DNA from: Candidatus Poribacteria bacterium
Lineage (GTDB): Bacteria > Poribacteria > WGA-4E > WGA-3G
Length of the DNA stretch: 64,000 nt
Assembly: GCA_965197475.1 (NCBI GenBank)
Contig: CBDANF010000003.1
Location: forward strand, 992,001-1,056,000
Direction of reading: 5' to 3'
Shown: positions 20,684 through 30,863 of the stretch, in pieces
Position numbering within the stretch: position 1 is the stretch's first letter
Layout of the letters: each line of letters starts with the position of its first letter
Position numbers and translations under genes: made by a program
The notes under the pieces: generated by a model
What the model saw: the letters and a program-made list of their open reading frames with translations, nothing else
Database searches by the model: none
What the model was told of the DNA's origin: nothing

Positions 20684-21655
20684 TTACAATTTGCTTAAAT
20701 CGTAGAGTTCTGGTATAGTCGGTATTTCTGAAGATGCGTCCATCAATTTCTCAACAAACCGGGGCAATCTACGGTGCTTTCGTTGGTATTTATCTATAAA
20801 AGGTGCAACTTGGAGTTCCAACGGAAGCACAGCATAATCATCTTGCAACGGTGATTTTCTGCTTAAGATGTCAGGTTGTGCATAGACAATCAGTTCGGAA
20901 TCAGCAGCATCACTCGGAACAGAACGATCATTACTAATACGCATAACAATAATATGTCCCTCGGTTTCGGTAGTTAAGGGTTCTGCCAGTTTCCAATAAC
21001 CTACTTTCTCGGCATTTGTTACGACGGCAGGTGAACTAACATCACCAGGAGCCTTCCGCTTCGTTTCACGGTCATTATAGATACCATGCCGCAACTCTGA
21101 TTTTTCGTTAACATTATCAGATTCCCTGGCTAAGGGCGGTGAAACTTCCTGTTGTGGATATACCTTAGGGGGTAGTGAAACTTCTTGTTTTAGCAAGTGC
21201 GTAGCCACAAATCCTGTTCCTATCAACAATAAAAGCACACCTAACGGGAACGCATTCCTTCTGAAAAGACTGTACCGACCAAAACTTTGACGAAGTTTCG
21301 TCAGTAGAGACCAGGTGAACTGTCCCGCTGAGGTTTTTAGACGTTCGTTTAACGGTGTGGGTCCCTTATTCTCAAGGGAACGGTGCAATTCTACCTCAAA
21401 TTGATGGTAATAATTATCAGGAGCCTCAGGTTCAACATAGAAATCAACAACAAGATCACGTGTTTTTTTGAGAGCAGCGACTTCATGTTGACACACTTGG
21501 CAGCAAAGTAAATGATCCTCAACCTTTGCGGTATCGCTGGATGAGAGCGTATCGTCTATGTAGTCTGATATAAAACGTTGTATGGTGTTACACTTTAGTT
21601 TCATAATTTTGCCGGTTCCCGCATTTTGACTTATTATTGGGAACCGCTCCCACAA
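20684..21655 (-). CDS. Zinc-finger (zf-HC2) transmembrane anti-sigma factor
   Basis: C...HLLCCQVC motif, TM helix, directly downstream of the ECF sigma. The start may be at MKLKC (21604). Confidence 0.8.
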   Translation of the reverse strand: MWERFPIISQNAGTGKIMKLKCNTIQRFISDYIDDTLSSSDTAKVEDHLLCCQVCQHEVAALKKTRDLVVDFYVEPEAPDNYYHQFEVELHRSLENKGPTPLNERLKTSAGQFTWSLLTKLRQSFGRYSLFRRNAFPLGVLLLLIGTGFVATHLLKQEVSLPPKVYPQQEVSPPLARESDNVNEKSELRHGIYNDRETKRKAPGDVSSPAVVTNAEKVGYWKLAEPLTTETEGHIIVMRISNDRSVPSDAADSELIVYAQPDILSRKSPLQDDYAVLPLELQVAPFIDKYQRKHRRLPRFVEKLMDASSEIPTIPELYDLSKL

Positions 21656-21708
21656 GAATTATCTAAACATTTTTGATTTTACCGACAACAACAATAGTGG
21701 AAAACTCG

Positions 21709-22296
21709 TTAGAATTTAGAGGTCGCTTCAACATACGGTTTTAACAATGTTCTGAGCTGTTTTCGAGCATAGTGTAACCGTGAACGGACTGTCCCTTCGG
21801 AACAATTTAAGATTGACGCTATCTCCGCATGCGTTAACCCTTCCAATTCATGAAGAATAACTACAATCCGATGTTTAAGTGAGAGACTATTGACCGCCTT
21901 TGTTACCCAATGCCGTAGTTCAACCTGTTCCGCTTGTATCTGTGGATCGTTCGCCATCTCTGCTTTCCTACGAACATTCGGATGAAATTCGGATTCTTCC
22001 GTTGTTTCGATCGGAGATTCACGACATCGTTCGCGCCGTTTGACGAAATTGAGTGCCTCATTGACAGCTATTCGATACACCCATGTTTCAAAAGCCGCCT
22101 CCTGCCGAAAGGTGTGAATTGACTGATATACCTTAATAAAGGTTTCCTGCATTACATCATTAGCGTCCTCGTGGTTTTTGGTAATTTGCATCGCGAGGCG
22201 GTGCACCATCCGTTTATACTTCTCAACCAAAGGTGCTAACGCTGTTTCATCCCCTTCACGAAGATAGTCAATGAGTAAGGCTTCAGTTCTTTCCAC
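21709..22296 (-). CDS. ECF (RpoE/SigW-like) RNA polymerase sigma factor
   Basis: DANDVMQETF, TWVYRIAVN, EIASILNCSEGTVRSRLHYAR. Confidence 0.95.
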   Translation of the reverse strand: MERTEALLIDYLREGDETALAPLVEKYKRMVHRLAMQITKNHEDANDVMQETFIKVYQSIHTFRQEAAFETWVYRIAVNEALNFVKRRERCRESPIETTEESEFHPNVRRKAEMANDPQIQAEQVELRHWVTKAVNSLSLKHRIVVILHELEGLTHAEIASILNCSEGTVRSRLHYARKQLRTLLKPYVEATSKF

Positions 22297-22326
22297 GACA
22301 AATTCTCCTTCGGCTTCTACTATATT

Positions 22327-22354
22327 TAGACAACACTATTTCAAAAACTGTTCA
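22327..22354 (-). promoter_or_regulatory. Putative autoregulatory ECF promoter
   Basis: Minus strand TGAAC-N18-GTCTA about 30 nt upstream of the sigma gene. Confidence 0.5.
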
Positions 22355-22657
22355 ATTTTTCTTTAAAAACACCATAGCATATATTATGGTGAAATATAAA
22401 ATAAGTAGACACCTGCTGGTAAGTACTGATCAAGGTGTATCGTTAATTGTAAAATCTACTATAAAAGCATTATAGCATATATTGATAAATTGTGTATAAA
22501 AAAATTGCTATTTACATGACCAAACTTATAGGGGTTTAATTTGCATTGGTTAGATTAAATTTTGTCAATCAGATCCTCCGCATAAAGATTGACAGTATTG
22601 AACGTAGACAGTCGTCACAAAGATGAATGTGTGAGTGCGACCTTGCTTGGACTCCAT

Positions 22658-22690
22658 AAAAAAGGACAGCGTATCAGAGATACGCTGTCC
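22658..22690 (-). terminator. Intrinsic terminator of the Ig-like lipoprotein gene
   Basis: ggacagcgtatc-aga-gatacgctgtcc followed by T6 on the minus strand. Confidence 0.85.
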
Positions 22691-22713
22691 CAGTAAGCGA
22701 AATAGTTGAAAAT

Positions 22714-23382
22714 TTACTCTTTAGCTTTAGTGACAAAACTGATTAGTGGTTTATCTACGGTCCCTTCAAGTTTGTTGTTAGAACCATCCATGACTGTACC
22801 TGTAACCATGTACTCGGTTTCGTTGCCAAGTTCTTGACCAGCTTTCACCGTAAAGGTCGCTTTTTTACCTTTAATAGAGAGATCCCATTCGACCACATCG
22901 TCCTCACGGTCGCCATCCATAAGTTTGAGGGTACCAGTGACATCTTCACTGAAGGTAATTTCTATCATTTCTAAACCAGCATCAACATCTTTGGCTCCGT
23001 TTTCAGGGCTGCTGCCGGTGACTGTCGGTGCAGTTTCATCTGCTGCAACGACGGTATAGTTAAGCGTATGCCCATCATCACCGCCATTTTCCCAAGTAAG
23101 ATTAAGGGCAAGTGCACCAGTTGGGAAATCATCAGCGGGTGCCGTGATTTTCCGCGTCTTACCTTTGCCTGTAACATCCCCAACACTGGCTGTTACTTTA
23201 CCAGGGTCCTCGTCGAATGTGACGGTGATACTACCGTTTGCAGCAAGCTCTCCGTCTGCAGGGATAGCACTATCAAACGCTGCATCTGGAGTTTCAGGAT
23301 CTTCTTCTCCACCACAGCCGACCACGTAAACGGCGAGCAATGCCGCCATGACTATTGCCAAGGTTCTAAAAAAAAGTTTCAT
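22714..23382 (-). CDS. Lipoprotein with bacterial Ig-like (Big_5/SbsA-like) domains
   Basis: Lipobox VVGC; DETAPTVTGSSPENGA..V...IEITFSE. Confidence 0.8.
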   Translation of the reverse strand: MKLFFRTLAIVMAALLAVYVVGCGGEEDPETPDAAFDSAIPADGELAANGSITVTFDEDPGKVTASVGDVTGKGKTRKITAPADDFPTGALALNLTWENGGDDGHTLNYTVVAADETAPTVTGSSPENGAKDVDAGLEMIEITFSEDVTGTLKLMDGDREDDVVEWDLSIKGKKATFTVKAGQELGNETEYMVTGTVMDGSNNKLEGTVDKPLISFVTKAKE

Positions 23383-23873
23383 GAGTAGGTAACTCCTTAA
23401 TTAAGGTTTTTCAGAATGTAAGGTACCCCACATACGGGGTACAGATTAAAAACTTCATATATACATATAGATGGGGTTTCCGTGTCGTTATTCGTTAGTT
23501 TCAACGGAAATGGGGAAACTTACCATCATGTCCATGTTCAGTCAAGTAATTTTCAGACTATTTCGTTTGCCTTCCTCCGCGAAACCCAGAGGATAGACGA
23601 TGCTTTGAGAATAGAACTTTTTACAGAACCGTAGCCTTTCTAACACCATTGGATAGGCAATTTCCCAGTTCTGAAAGTCAACGCCCAAACTCTATACCTT
23701 TAATTTTAGCAAATTTTGCAAAATCTGTAAAGGTAAAAAATTAATTTTCGCTAATAATTATACAAAATTTTGTTTATTTTGTAAAGCGAAAACAAAATTT
23801 TCAAAAATTTGCTATAGATTAGCATAAATTATCACGTTTATGCAAGTAAAAATGACACATTCCCATTAAAAAA

Positions 23874-24869
23874 TCACAGATTTGAAGATATTTCGTTTTC
23901 CTGATGATCAAATAGTGCCATCTGTTCAGCTGCAGTTCCGGTAATCTGGTTCTGCAGACGTTCTGGATGCATTAATGTATCAACGACTGTATCCAGTTGA
24001 TCTGGTAAAAAAGGTAACGCACCCATTCTAATGAGTTGACGGGTTCCGTCACTCTGTTGATTTTGTGAGTTCCATTGACAGGCAAAAACAGGTCGATCTT
24101 GTAGCTGCGCGTATCGTGCCGCGTGCATTGCCCCTCCTTCTTTAGAGGTTTCAACTACAATCGTAACCATAGAAAGCCCACTGATAATACGATTGCGCAT
24201 CACCAGATTAGCGGGTGTTGACGGTGTTGGAAACGGGTGTTCTGAAAACAGACATCCGGTTTCATAAATCTTCATAGCAAGCTCGTTGTTTTCAGACGGG
24301 TAGATAGACGATAAATCGGTTGACAAAACACCAATAGTTGTTCCGTTTACCCCTAACGCACCGTAATGAGCATTTGTATCAATACCGTTAGCAAGACCAC
24401 TCACTATTGTAAACCCGGCTTCAACCAAACGGATCGAGAGTTCAAGCGTTACATTAATACTTTCAACCGTCGGACGTTTGGTCCCCACAATTGCAACACA
24501 TTTTTCACTTACTTCAGATAATTCGCCGACTCTGCATAGTACTATCGGCGCGTCTGGCACAGATTTTAGTGGTGTTGGATATTCAATATCTTCAGAAAAA
24601 AGCACCACTATACCTTGGTCAGCAAGTTCCTCTAATTTTTGCCGCAATTCAGTAAACCTGTTCCGTACAGTAAGTATTCGTGATGCTAAGATCGGGTTGA
24701 ATTGTGGCAACTGTGCTATCTCAACCAGTTCCGCATCAAAAATGCGTTCTACGCTACCGAAACGTGTTAACAAGCGTTTGATCCGAACTGCGCCGATTCC
24801 TTCAACCGAAGCAAGCGCGAACAAATATTCCCGATGTCTCTTTTCGTCTGTTTCGGACGAATGTGTCAT
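23874..24869 (-). CDS. dprA: DNA-processing protein DprA
   Basis: VAIVGTKR, IVSGLANGIDTNAH, RNRIISGLS, VVE. Confidence 0.93.
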   Translation of the reverse strand: MTHSSETDEKRHREYLFALASVEGIGAVRIKRLLTRFGSVERIFDAELVEIAQLPQFNPILASRILTVRNRFTELRQKLEELADQGIVVLFSEDIEYPTPLKSVPDAPIVLCRVGELSEVSEKCVAIVGTKRPTVESINVTLELSIRLVEAGFTIVSGLANGIDTNAHYGALGVNGTTIGVLSTDLSSIYPSENNELAMKIYETGCLFSEHPFPTPSTPANLVMRNRIISGLSMVTIVVETSKEGGAMHAARYAQLQDRPVFACQWNSQNQQSDGTRQLIRMGALPFLPDQLDTVVDTLMHPERLQNQITGTAAEQMALFDHQENEISSNL

Positions 24870-25049
24870 ACCGAAATTCCGATTCCTGAAAATCTATAAT
24901 TGTTTTTATGTTACAATATATGTATATTGTAACACATATTGACAAACTTTACAAATGTAAAACAGAGAACAAAGACATGGTGCGTAGAAATCAATTGACA
25001 CTTTCGTGCTGTTTAAGGTATCCTATAAAAGAGATGATTAGATTAGGAG

Positions 25050-25838
25050 ATGAAAATGGCAAATCAACCTATAAACATCCTTGAAACACAGGAATTGAGT
25101 CGGCACTATGGTGGTGTTATAGCCTTGGCGAAGGTTACAATACAGGTTCGCGCTGGGCAAATTTCCAGTTTGATTGGTCCAAACGGTGCTGGAAAAACAA
25201 CACTGTTTAACTGCGTCACCGGATTAGATAAACCCACGTTGGGGAAGGTTAATTTTTTAGGAAAACCAATTACGGGTTTCCGTTCGGATGAGGTTACAAA
25301 ACTCGGTATCGCTCGTACGTTCCAGAATATCAGACTTTTCACCGAACTGACGGTTCTGGATAACGTCAAAATTGGGAGACATTCTCGCACCTCCAGCACC
25401 TTTATAGGTGCAGTATTCCGTACTAATAGACAACAAAAGGAAGAGAAGGAAATTACGGAATATGCTGAGGAGATGCTCAAATTTGTCGGGTTAGCGGACG
25501 TTGGTGACCAAACAGCCGGAAATCTATCCTACGGAGACCAACGGCGCGTTGAGATCGCCAGAGCTTTGGCAACAAAACCTTTGTTCATTCTCTTGGACGA
25601 ACCTGCTGCAGGCATGAACCCACAAGAAACCCAAGAACTTATTTCATTGATCTATACCATTCGCGAACGAGGAATTTCTGTCCTGCTGATTGAACACGAT
25701 ATGAAAGTTGTGATGCAAATATCCGACTGGGTTACTGTGCTTGACCACGGCGAGAAAATTAGCGATGGTAAACCCGCAGACGTGCAAAACGATGAACGCG
25801 TCATCGCGGCATACTTAGGAACATCTGATGATGCTTAA
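25050..25838 (+). CDS. livG: Branched-chain amino acid ABC transporter ATPase (LivG-like)
   Basis: GPNGAGKT, RTFQNIRLF, LSYGDQRR, LLDEPAAG. Confidence 0.88.
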   Translation: MKMANQPINILETQELSRHYGGVIALAKVTIQVRAGQISSLIGPNGAGKTTLFNCVTGLDKPTLGKVNFLGKPITGFRSDEVTKLGIARTFQNIRLFTELTVLDNVKIGRHSRTSSTFIGAVFRTNRQQKEEKEITEYAEEMLKFVGLADVGDQTAGNLSYGDQRRVEIARALATKPLFILLDEPAAGMNPQETQELISLIYTIRERGISVLLIEHDMKVVMQISDWVTVLDHGEKISDGKPADVQNDERVIAAYLGTSDDA

Positions 25839-26535
25839 ACTCAAGGACATTCATACTTACTATGGAAATATCCGTGCGGTGCGCGGAATTTCAATTGAGG
25901 TAAACGCTGGCGAAAAGGTGTGTATGATTGGCGCAAATGGTGCTGGCAAATCTACTACACTGATGACTATTTCTGGCGTTTACGCACCGGTACAGGGAAG
26001 TATACATTTTGAAGGTGAGGCTATTACAGCTACTTCGGCGGAGCAACGTGTCGCACTTGGGATTTCGCAAGTGCCTGAAGGACGTCTAATTTTTCCGGAT
26101 ATGACTGTCCTTGAAAACCTTGAACTCGGTGCGTATCTTAGAAACGACACAGCAGAGATTAGAACCGACCTAAACAAAATTTTTGATTATTTTCCGGTGC
26201 TTGCGGAACGACGTAAACAGCGAGGCGGTAGCCTCAGCGGCGGTGAACAGCAGATGTTAGCAGTTGGTCGTTCGTTAATGTCAAACCCGAGACTTCTGCT
26301 TCTGGATGAACCCTCTTTAGGTCTTGCACCACTTATTGTTAAACAGATTTTTGAAATTATTCAGCAAATTAATCAAGAGGGAACAACAATCCTATTGGTC
26401 GAACAGAACGCACAACTCGCTTTAAACATAACAGACAGAGGGTATGTGATGGAAACAGGTGAAATTACGATTGAAGGCACCTCTGTTGACCTTTTGGCAG
26501 ATGAGCGCGTACGGCAAGCCTACCTCGGAGAATAA
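25828..26535 (+). CDS. livF: Branched-chain amino acid ABC transporter ATPase (LivF-like)
   Basis: GANGAGKST, VPEGR, LSGGEQQM, LLDEPSLGLAP. Confidence 0.88.
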   Translation: MMLKLKDIHTYYGNIRAVRGISIEVNAGEKVCMIGANGAGKSTTLMTISGVYAPVQGSIHFEGEAITATSAEQRVALGISQVPEGRLIFPDMTVLENLELGAYLRNDTAEIRTDLNKIFDYFPVLAERRKQRGGSLSGGEQQMLAVGRSLMSNPRLLLLDEPSLGLAPLIVKQIFEIIQQINQEGTTILLVEQNAQLALNITDRGYVMETGEITIEGTSVDLLADERVRQAYLGE

Positions 26536-26540
26536 TATAG

Positions 26541-27389
26541 ATGTATCCAACGCTAATTGATTTCGGAACAATCTTTTCAATTCCTATCGGTATTCATAGC
26601 TACGGTGTCATGTTAGCGACTGCCTTCATTACTTGCAGCGTGGTTTTACAACGTGAATTGAATCGTAGAGGATTCCAAGGAGATGTTGCCACAACGATTG
26701 TTGCTGCGGGTGCTATCGGTGGGATTATCGGTGCGAAAATATACTTTGTGTTCCTTGATGGCAAAATAGAGGTAGACGAAATTTTCTCCCCGAGTGGATT
26801 AGTCTGGTACGGTGGATTAATCGGTGGCAGTGCAGCAGTCAGTTGGGTTATCCATCGTTCACCCAACCCGTTTCTACCGACCGTTGACATTATGGGTCCT
26901 CTTGTGTTGCTCGGATACGGCATTGGTCGCATCGGATGTCTGCTTGCTGGAGACGGTGACTACGGACCTCCCTCTGATGTTCCGTGGGCAATGGCATTTC
27001 CAAATGGAACTGTTCCAACAGATATACTTGTTCACCCCACACCTATCTATGAAACCTCAATGTCAGTTATATTTTTCGGTATCTTGTGGTCACAACGTCG
27101 GAAATTCGCGTCAATCCCAGGCTTACTTTTTGGTGCGAGTCTTGTTTTGCTGGCCGTGGAAAGGTTTATCGCAGAATTTTGGCGGCTTACGCCGCGAGCG
27201 TTTCCAGAATCATCACCTCTGTCGTGGTTAACATCACCGCAGGTCGTCAGTATAATTCTGTTCTGTTTTGGAATTGTCTTTATAAGGTGGATATATACGC
27301 GTCCGATAGTGGCAATGGAAGTTGAATCGCCAATTCCTGAACCTGAAAACGAAACGCCGCGTCCGCAGAAACGGAGACGGCGGCGGTGA
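26541..27389 (+). CDS. lgt: Prolipoprotein diacylglyceryl transferase
   Basis: SYG, WYGGLIG, GRIGC, HPTPIYE, RFIAEFWR. Confidence 0.9.
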   Translation: MYPTLIDFGTIFSIPIGIHSYGVMLATAFITCSVVLQRELNRRGFQGDVATTIVAAGAIGGIIGAKIYFVFLDGKIEVDEIFSPSGLVWYGGLIGGSAAVSWVIHRSPNPFLPTVDIMGPLVLLGYGIGRIGCLLAGDGDYGPPSDVPWAMAFPNGTVPTDILVHPTPIYETSMSVIFFGILWSQRRKFASIPGLLFGASLVLLAVERFIAEFWRLTPRAFPESSPLSWLTSPQVVSIILFCFGIVFIRWIYTRPIVAMEVESPIPEPENETPRPQKRRRRR

Positions 27390-27441
27390 GTTAACTCGGT
27401 TTCGGCTTGTCAGCAGTCGGTTATCGGCTAAAAAGGGTTGT

Positions 27442-27810
27442 TTAGTCTAACTTATTCTTATTCGTCTTCGGCTGCCACGCGCGAATTAGTTCCGTTTCCA
27501 ATAATACCGTTTCCTCGGCATCTTCTGTGAATTCCACCGCAAATTGGACGATTCCTCCAAATAGCCGAAGTTGTGTATGTAGTTCAGGGTTTGTCGCTCT
27601 ATCGTAATGTTGCAACAAACGCCGCCGCACACAAGTTGTTGACTCCCCAACGTAGACACACTCATTTTGCCCCTCGGTCCCAGTTTTTCGCCATAACACG
27701 TACACACCGCTCTGTTCCTCTGGTAATTTCTGAATTTCTTCGCGCGTAAAAGGACGTAGGTTACGCTTTAGTTGATACTGTAAGACATAGGGTGTAACAG
27801 TGTCACGCAT
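27442..27810 (-). CDS. Stand-alone GIY-YIG nuclease
   Basis: GVY...YVGES..VRRRLLQH...LETELI...PKTN; catalytic Y, R, E and N are present. Confidence 0.8.
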   Translation of the reverse strand: MRDTVTPYVLQYQLKRNLRPFTREEIQKLPEEQSGVYVLWRKTGTEGQNECVYVGESTTCVRRRLLQHYDRATNPELHTQLRLFGGIVQFAVEFTEDAEETVLLETELIRAWQPKTNKNKLD

Positions 27811-27852
27811 GAGACCGAATCCGTTAGTTGTTGGATAACACGTGCCTTGTGC

Positions 27853-30630
27853 CTACAAATTTTCGAATAATGTAATCGTCTGTGGTGAACCCATTGTTTC
27901 CGATATATATTGCCACTCTGTCACGAGGTTGTTGTAGTTTGATGCACTTTCTGCATCGCCACGTTTCTCATAGTAATCATACAACACACGCGCGAGACGT
28001 TTTGCCGATTCAAAATCGCGCATTGCACGTGCAACACCAGCACACCCCGAAATACCGTCGCTACCCTCTTCACCAGATAGATGCCACACCATCCTTAGAC
28101 ATCCTTCCCACGCTGTCATGTCTTCGCTATTTTCGCGCTCAGCATATTCTTCTTTTTTTAATAACCGAACCTTGCCACGTTGGCTGAGTAACACCTTATT
28201 GTGCATTGCTGCAATGCTCACATCTTTCGCTTTTGAGAGCGTTTCTGCATCTCCGAAATTACCTTCTGTGTAGTCGTGCTGCTGTAGCCATGTCAGACAA
28301 AACTGGCTTTCGGGATCAAGTTCGCCTGTCTCTTTTTCAAGGTAGGCGGCGATTTCGTTGTTGATATGCATGAGTACCTCACGTATCGGAACAATTTCAC
28401 CGTTAACCCGTATTACATTGCTGTAGCGAGAGTAGATCTCCATCCCCGGTCCAATAGCAGCTTGTGCCAAATCGACAGGTCTGATGTTTGCAATACGCGT
28501 GAGTCGCTCAAGTTCAGGTGGCATCTCTTTTTTCAATTCTTGTATAAATTCGTTGCGGGTGATGATGGGGGCATCTGCGGGGCGCGGACGGCATACAAGT
28601 ACAATGGAGGAGGCTAATGCGTTTATATTTGTCTTGACACCAGTCGTGCGCTCGGTGCGCAGCGGCCAGGTGCCAACTATCTGGAACCCCGCGTTGACAA
28701 TTGCCGAAAGCATTGTCTCCCAGCCTGTGGAGGTAGTCCCATCATGTTCCTCTTCCTGCTGCTTATAGGCATAGAAAATGGATGTGGGGAACTGTTCAGA
28801 ACAATGCTGCCGCATCTGTCCCAATGCCTTTCCTAACGAGCCTTCAAAGTGTTGTGCTGGGTTTTCAAACCGAGGCGCGGCAACAATTTCATCGTCCTTA
28901 GGTATCATTATACTGCTAAATAGCTCAGGAAAATTGTCACGGAGCAATGGACGTAGCCAAACGTAAAAGAAGTCGGACAGCTCGGCGTACTGGATATTGT
29001 TATAGTAGGGGGGATCCGTAACAAATATAGGTCTATCGGTAGCGTGCCGAGTCGTGGTTACATCTGCCTGATGCACTTCACCTACGTTCGCTGAAACTGG
29101 TAAATTCTCAATAGCCTTTGCAATCCACTGCATCTGTGCCATCCAATTTTGTGTTGAAGTGGAGAATAGATTGGTTTCAGCGAAGTCCCACGTCATCGGG
29201 ATCGCTTGGCGTGCAAAAACTGGGGGGACTTTTTCTCCCTGGTTTTCCCACCACGTAAAACTGCAACTGCTTTCAGCAGTTCTCCCAATTGCAAGTGCCA
29301 GGTAGGTTTGTACGGCATCTACATATTTATCTTCCACGCCAACTCGTCCAATCTGGGTGCGAACTTCAGACAACAATTCGCTGAAGGTATTTAGTGCTGT
29401 GAGTTGTCTCTCTGTGAAAAGTTGATGCCAGTGTGTAGTACCGTAACCTAAGCTGCTAATCTTTTGCGTATTTTTTATTCCTTGACTTGGTCGCCATTTA
29501 GGTTTAGCAGACAAAGCGATTTGGATATGTTCTTCAGTAGGAGATAAGTACAGTTTTCTGCGATCACCTTCAGCAACTACCGCAGCCATGATTTCACTCA
29601 TTTTGCCCGCTTTTCCTTGTTCGCGCACATATCCTAACGTTACGGCACTTTCACAAGCGATGCAAAAAGCACCATTTCTGTGAACAGTGCCATTCTGCGG
29701 GACACCATTATCATGCGTTTGCACAACCCACGAAATTGTCCTCGATTCTCGGTTAACAACCGGTTTTGCCCAATGCTCGTTGCCCTTCTTTTTTGACAAT
29801 TGAAAGGTCCGCATCAGTGGCATTTGGAGACCACAAGCAGGGTTACTACATGGCACTGTGCGTGCCCACAGCCACGCCACCACAGTCGCATCGGTGCCAT
29901 CTGGCAACGTTACTTTTGGGTAGAGGTGTCCGATACGTTTATATGCTTCTTCGCGCATCCACGCGCCATAGTAACGAATGTCGTCAGCTAAACCAGCAGT
30001 GCCTTTCCACGGCATGTCAGCAGATATGCCTGTCGGATCAGCATCTGGATTGATTGGTGCTTGATTGTGAAATTTTGGGGGCAATTCAATCATTGCTTTG
30101 GTAAGAAGAACGGGAAGTGGATTGAGATCGCTGCCACGTGCGCGTAATCCTAAGCGTTGTGCCTCAAGCGGAATAGATCCGCCACCACAAAACGGGTCAT
30201 AGACAGCGGGGCAGTGGTCATTGAGGTATTGCAGTACTGCCTTTGGATCGTTTTTATGTCTCTCACGAAAGGCATCAAGATTTTCACCATTATTGCGTGC
30301 AACAGAGTATGCAATTTCGTAACGTGCCTCTGCCAAGATATTCTCGTCATTGCTGTTTTTCCAGATGATGAGTCGTTTAATGATCTCGTGGAGGCGATTG
30401 CGTTCAGCATTCTGTTCAGATATGGTTGGAAATTCGCCAGTGCATTCGGATGGGTCATCTACCATACTGGCGAAGATTATAGATCTACATGCAGCGAGGG
30501 GACGGCGTGCCCAATAGCGGTGGAGCGTTGAGGGGTGTCCATGTGTTAGGGAAGCATCCTTTGCAGACTCTTTGTTAATATCTTGTAGCGGTATATCCAC
30601 CTCAATAAGTTTTTTTCGGTAAGTTGTCAT
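27853..30630 (-). CDS. DUF1156-domain adenine-specific DNA methyltransferase
   Basis: KKLIEV..., TLHRYWARRPLAAC, motif I DPFCGGGSIP, motif IV TDPPY, Zn-ribbon CSNPAC/CIAC. Confidence 0.92.
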   Translation of the reverse strand: MTTYRKKLIEVDIPLQDINKESAKDASLTHGHPSTLHRYWARRPLAACRSIIFASMVDDPSECTGEFPTISEQNAERNRLHEIIKRLIIWKNSNDENILAEARYEIAYSVARNNGENLDAFRERHKNDPKAVLQYLNDHCPAVYDPFCGGGSIPLEAQRLGLRARGSDLNPLPVLLTKAMIELPPKFHNQAPINPDADPTGISADMPWKGTAGLADDIRYYGAWMREEAYKRIGHLYPKVTLPDGTDATVVAWLWARTVPCSNPACGLQMPLMRTFQLSKKKGNEHWAKPVVNRESRTISWVVQTHDNGVPQNGTVHRNGAFCIACESAVTLGYVREQGKAGKMSEIMAAVVAEGDRRKLYLSPTEEHIQIALSAKPKWRPSQGIKNTQKISSLGYGTTHWHQLFTERQLTALNTFSELLSEVRTQIGRVGVEDKYVDAVQTYLALAIGRTAESSCSFTWWENQGEKVPPVFARQAIPMTWDFAETNLFSTSTQNWMAQMQWIAKAIENLPVSANVGEVHQADVTTTRHATDRPIFVTDPPYYNNIQYAELSDFFYVWLRPLLRDNFPELFSSIMIPKDDEIVAAPRFENPAQHFEGSLGKALGQMRQHCSEQFPTSIFYAYKQQEEEHDGTTSTGWETMLSAIVNAGFQIVGTWPLRTERTTGVKTNINALASSIVLVCRPRPADAPIITRNEFIQELKKEMPPELERLTRIANIRPVDLAQAAIGPGMEIYSRYSNVIRVNGEIVPIREVLMHINNEIAAYLEKETGELDPESQFCLTWLQQHDYTEGNFGDAETLSKAKDVSIAAMHNKVLLSQRGKVRLLKKEEYAERENSEDMTAWEGCLRMVWHLSGEEGSDGISGCAGVARAMRDFESAKRLARVLYDYYEKRGDAESASNYNNLVTEWQYISETMGSPQTITLFENL

Positions 30631-30638
30631 ATTGTCCG

Positions 30639-30863
30639 TTACTCGTGGAGCATTTGCGTGAAGGCTTCAATGCTTTGCACCTTCGCAGCAGCGAGAAGCA
30701 ACTGTTCAAGTCGATGCAAATCGTCTATATTTTGGAGAGTTGGTACTAAGGCATTGACTGCGTCTGCTGGCATTTTCAATTTTAGTAGTGCCAAGATGTG
30801 TTTAATAGTAGTTTCTCTGGCAGCTTTTTCCATTTGGCGTTGGTAAGTCTTAGATTCTCGCAT
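30639..30863 (-). CDS. Putative in-frame internal small protein (RpnS-type antitoxin), 74 aa
   Basis: GGAGG-aactt-ATG inside rpn, giving MRESKTYQRQMEKAARE...MLHE. Confidence 0.6.
   Translation of the reverse strand: MRESKTYQRQMEKAARETTIKHILALLKLKMPADAVNALVPTLQNIDDLHRLEQLLLAAAKVQSIEAFTQMLHE

Noticed and set aside
23560-23645. c-di-GMP-I riboswitch (GGCAAAC and GCTACGG-like words on the minus strand)
   Set aside because: The words are in the wrong order and the GNRA/receptor arrangement is missing.
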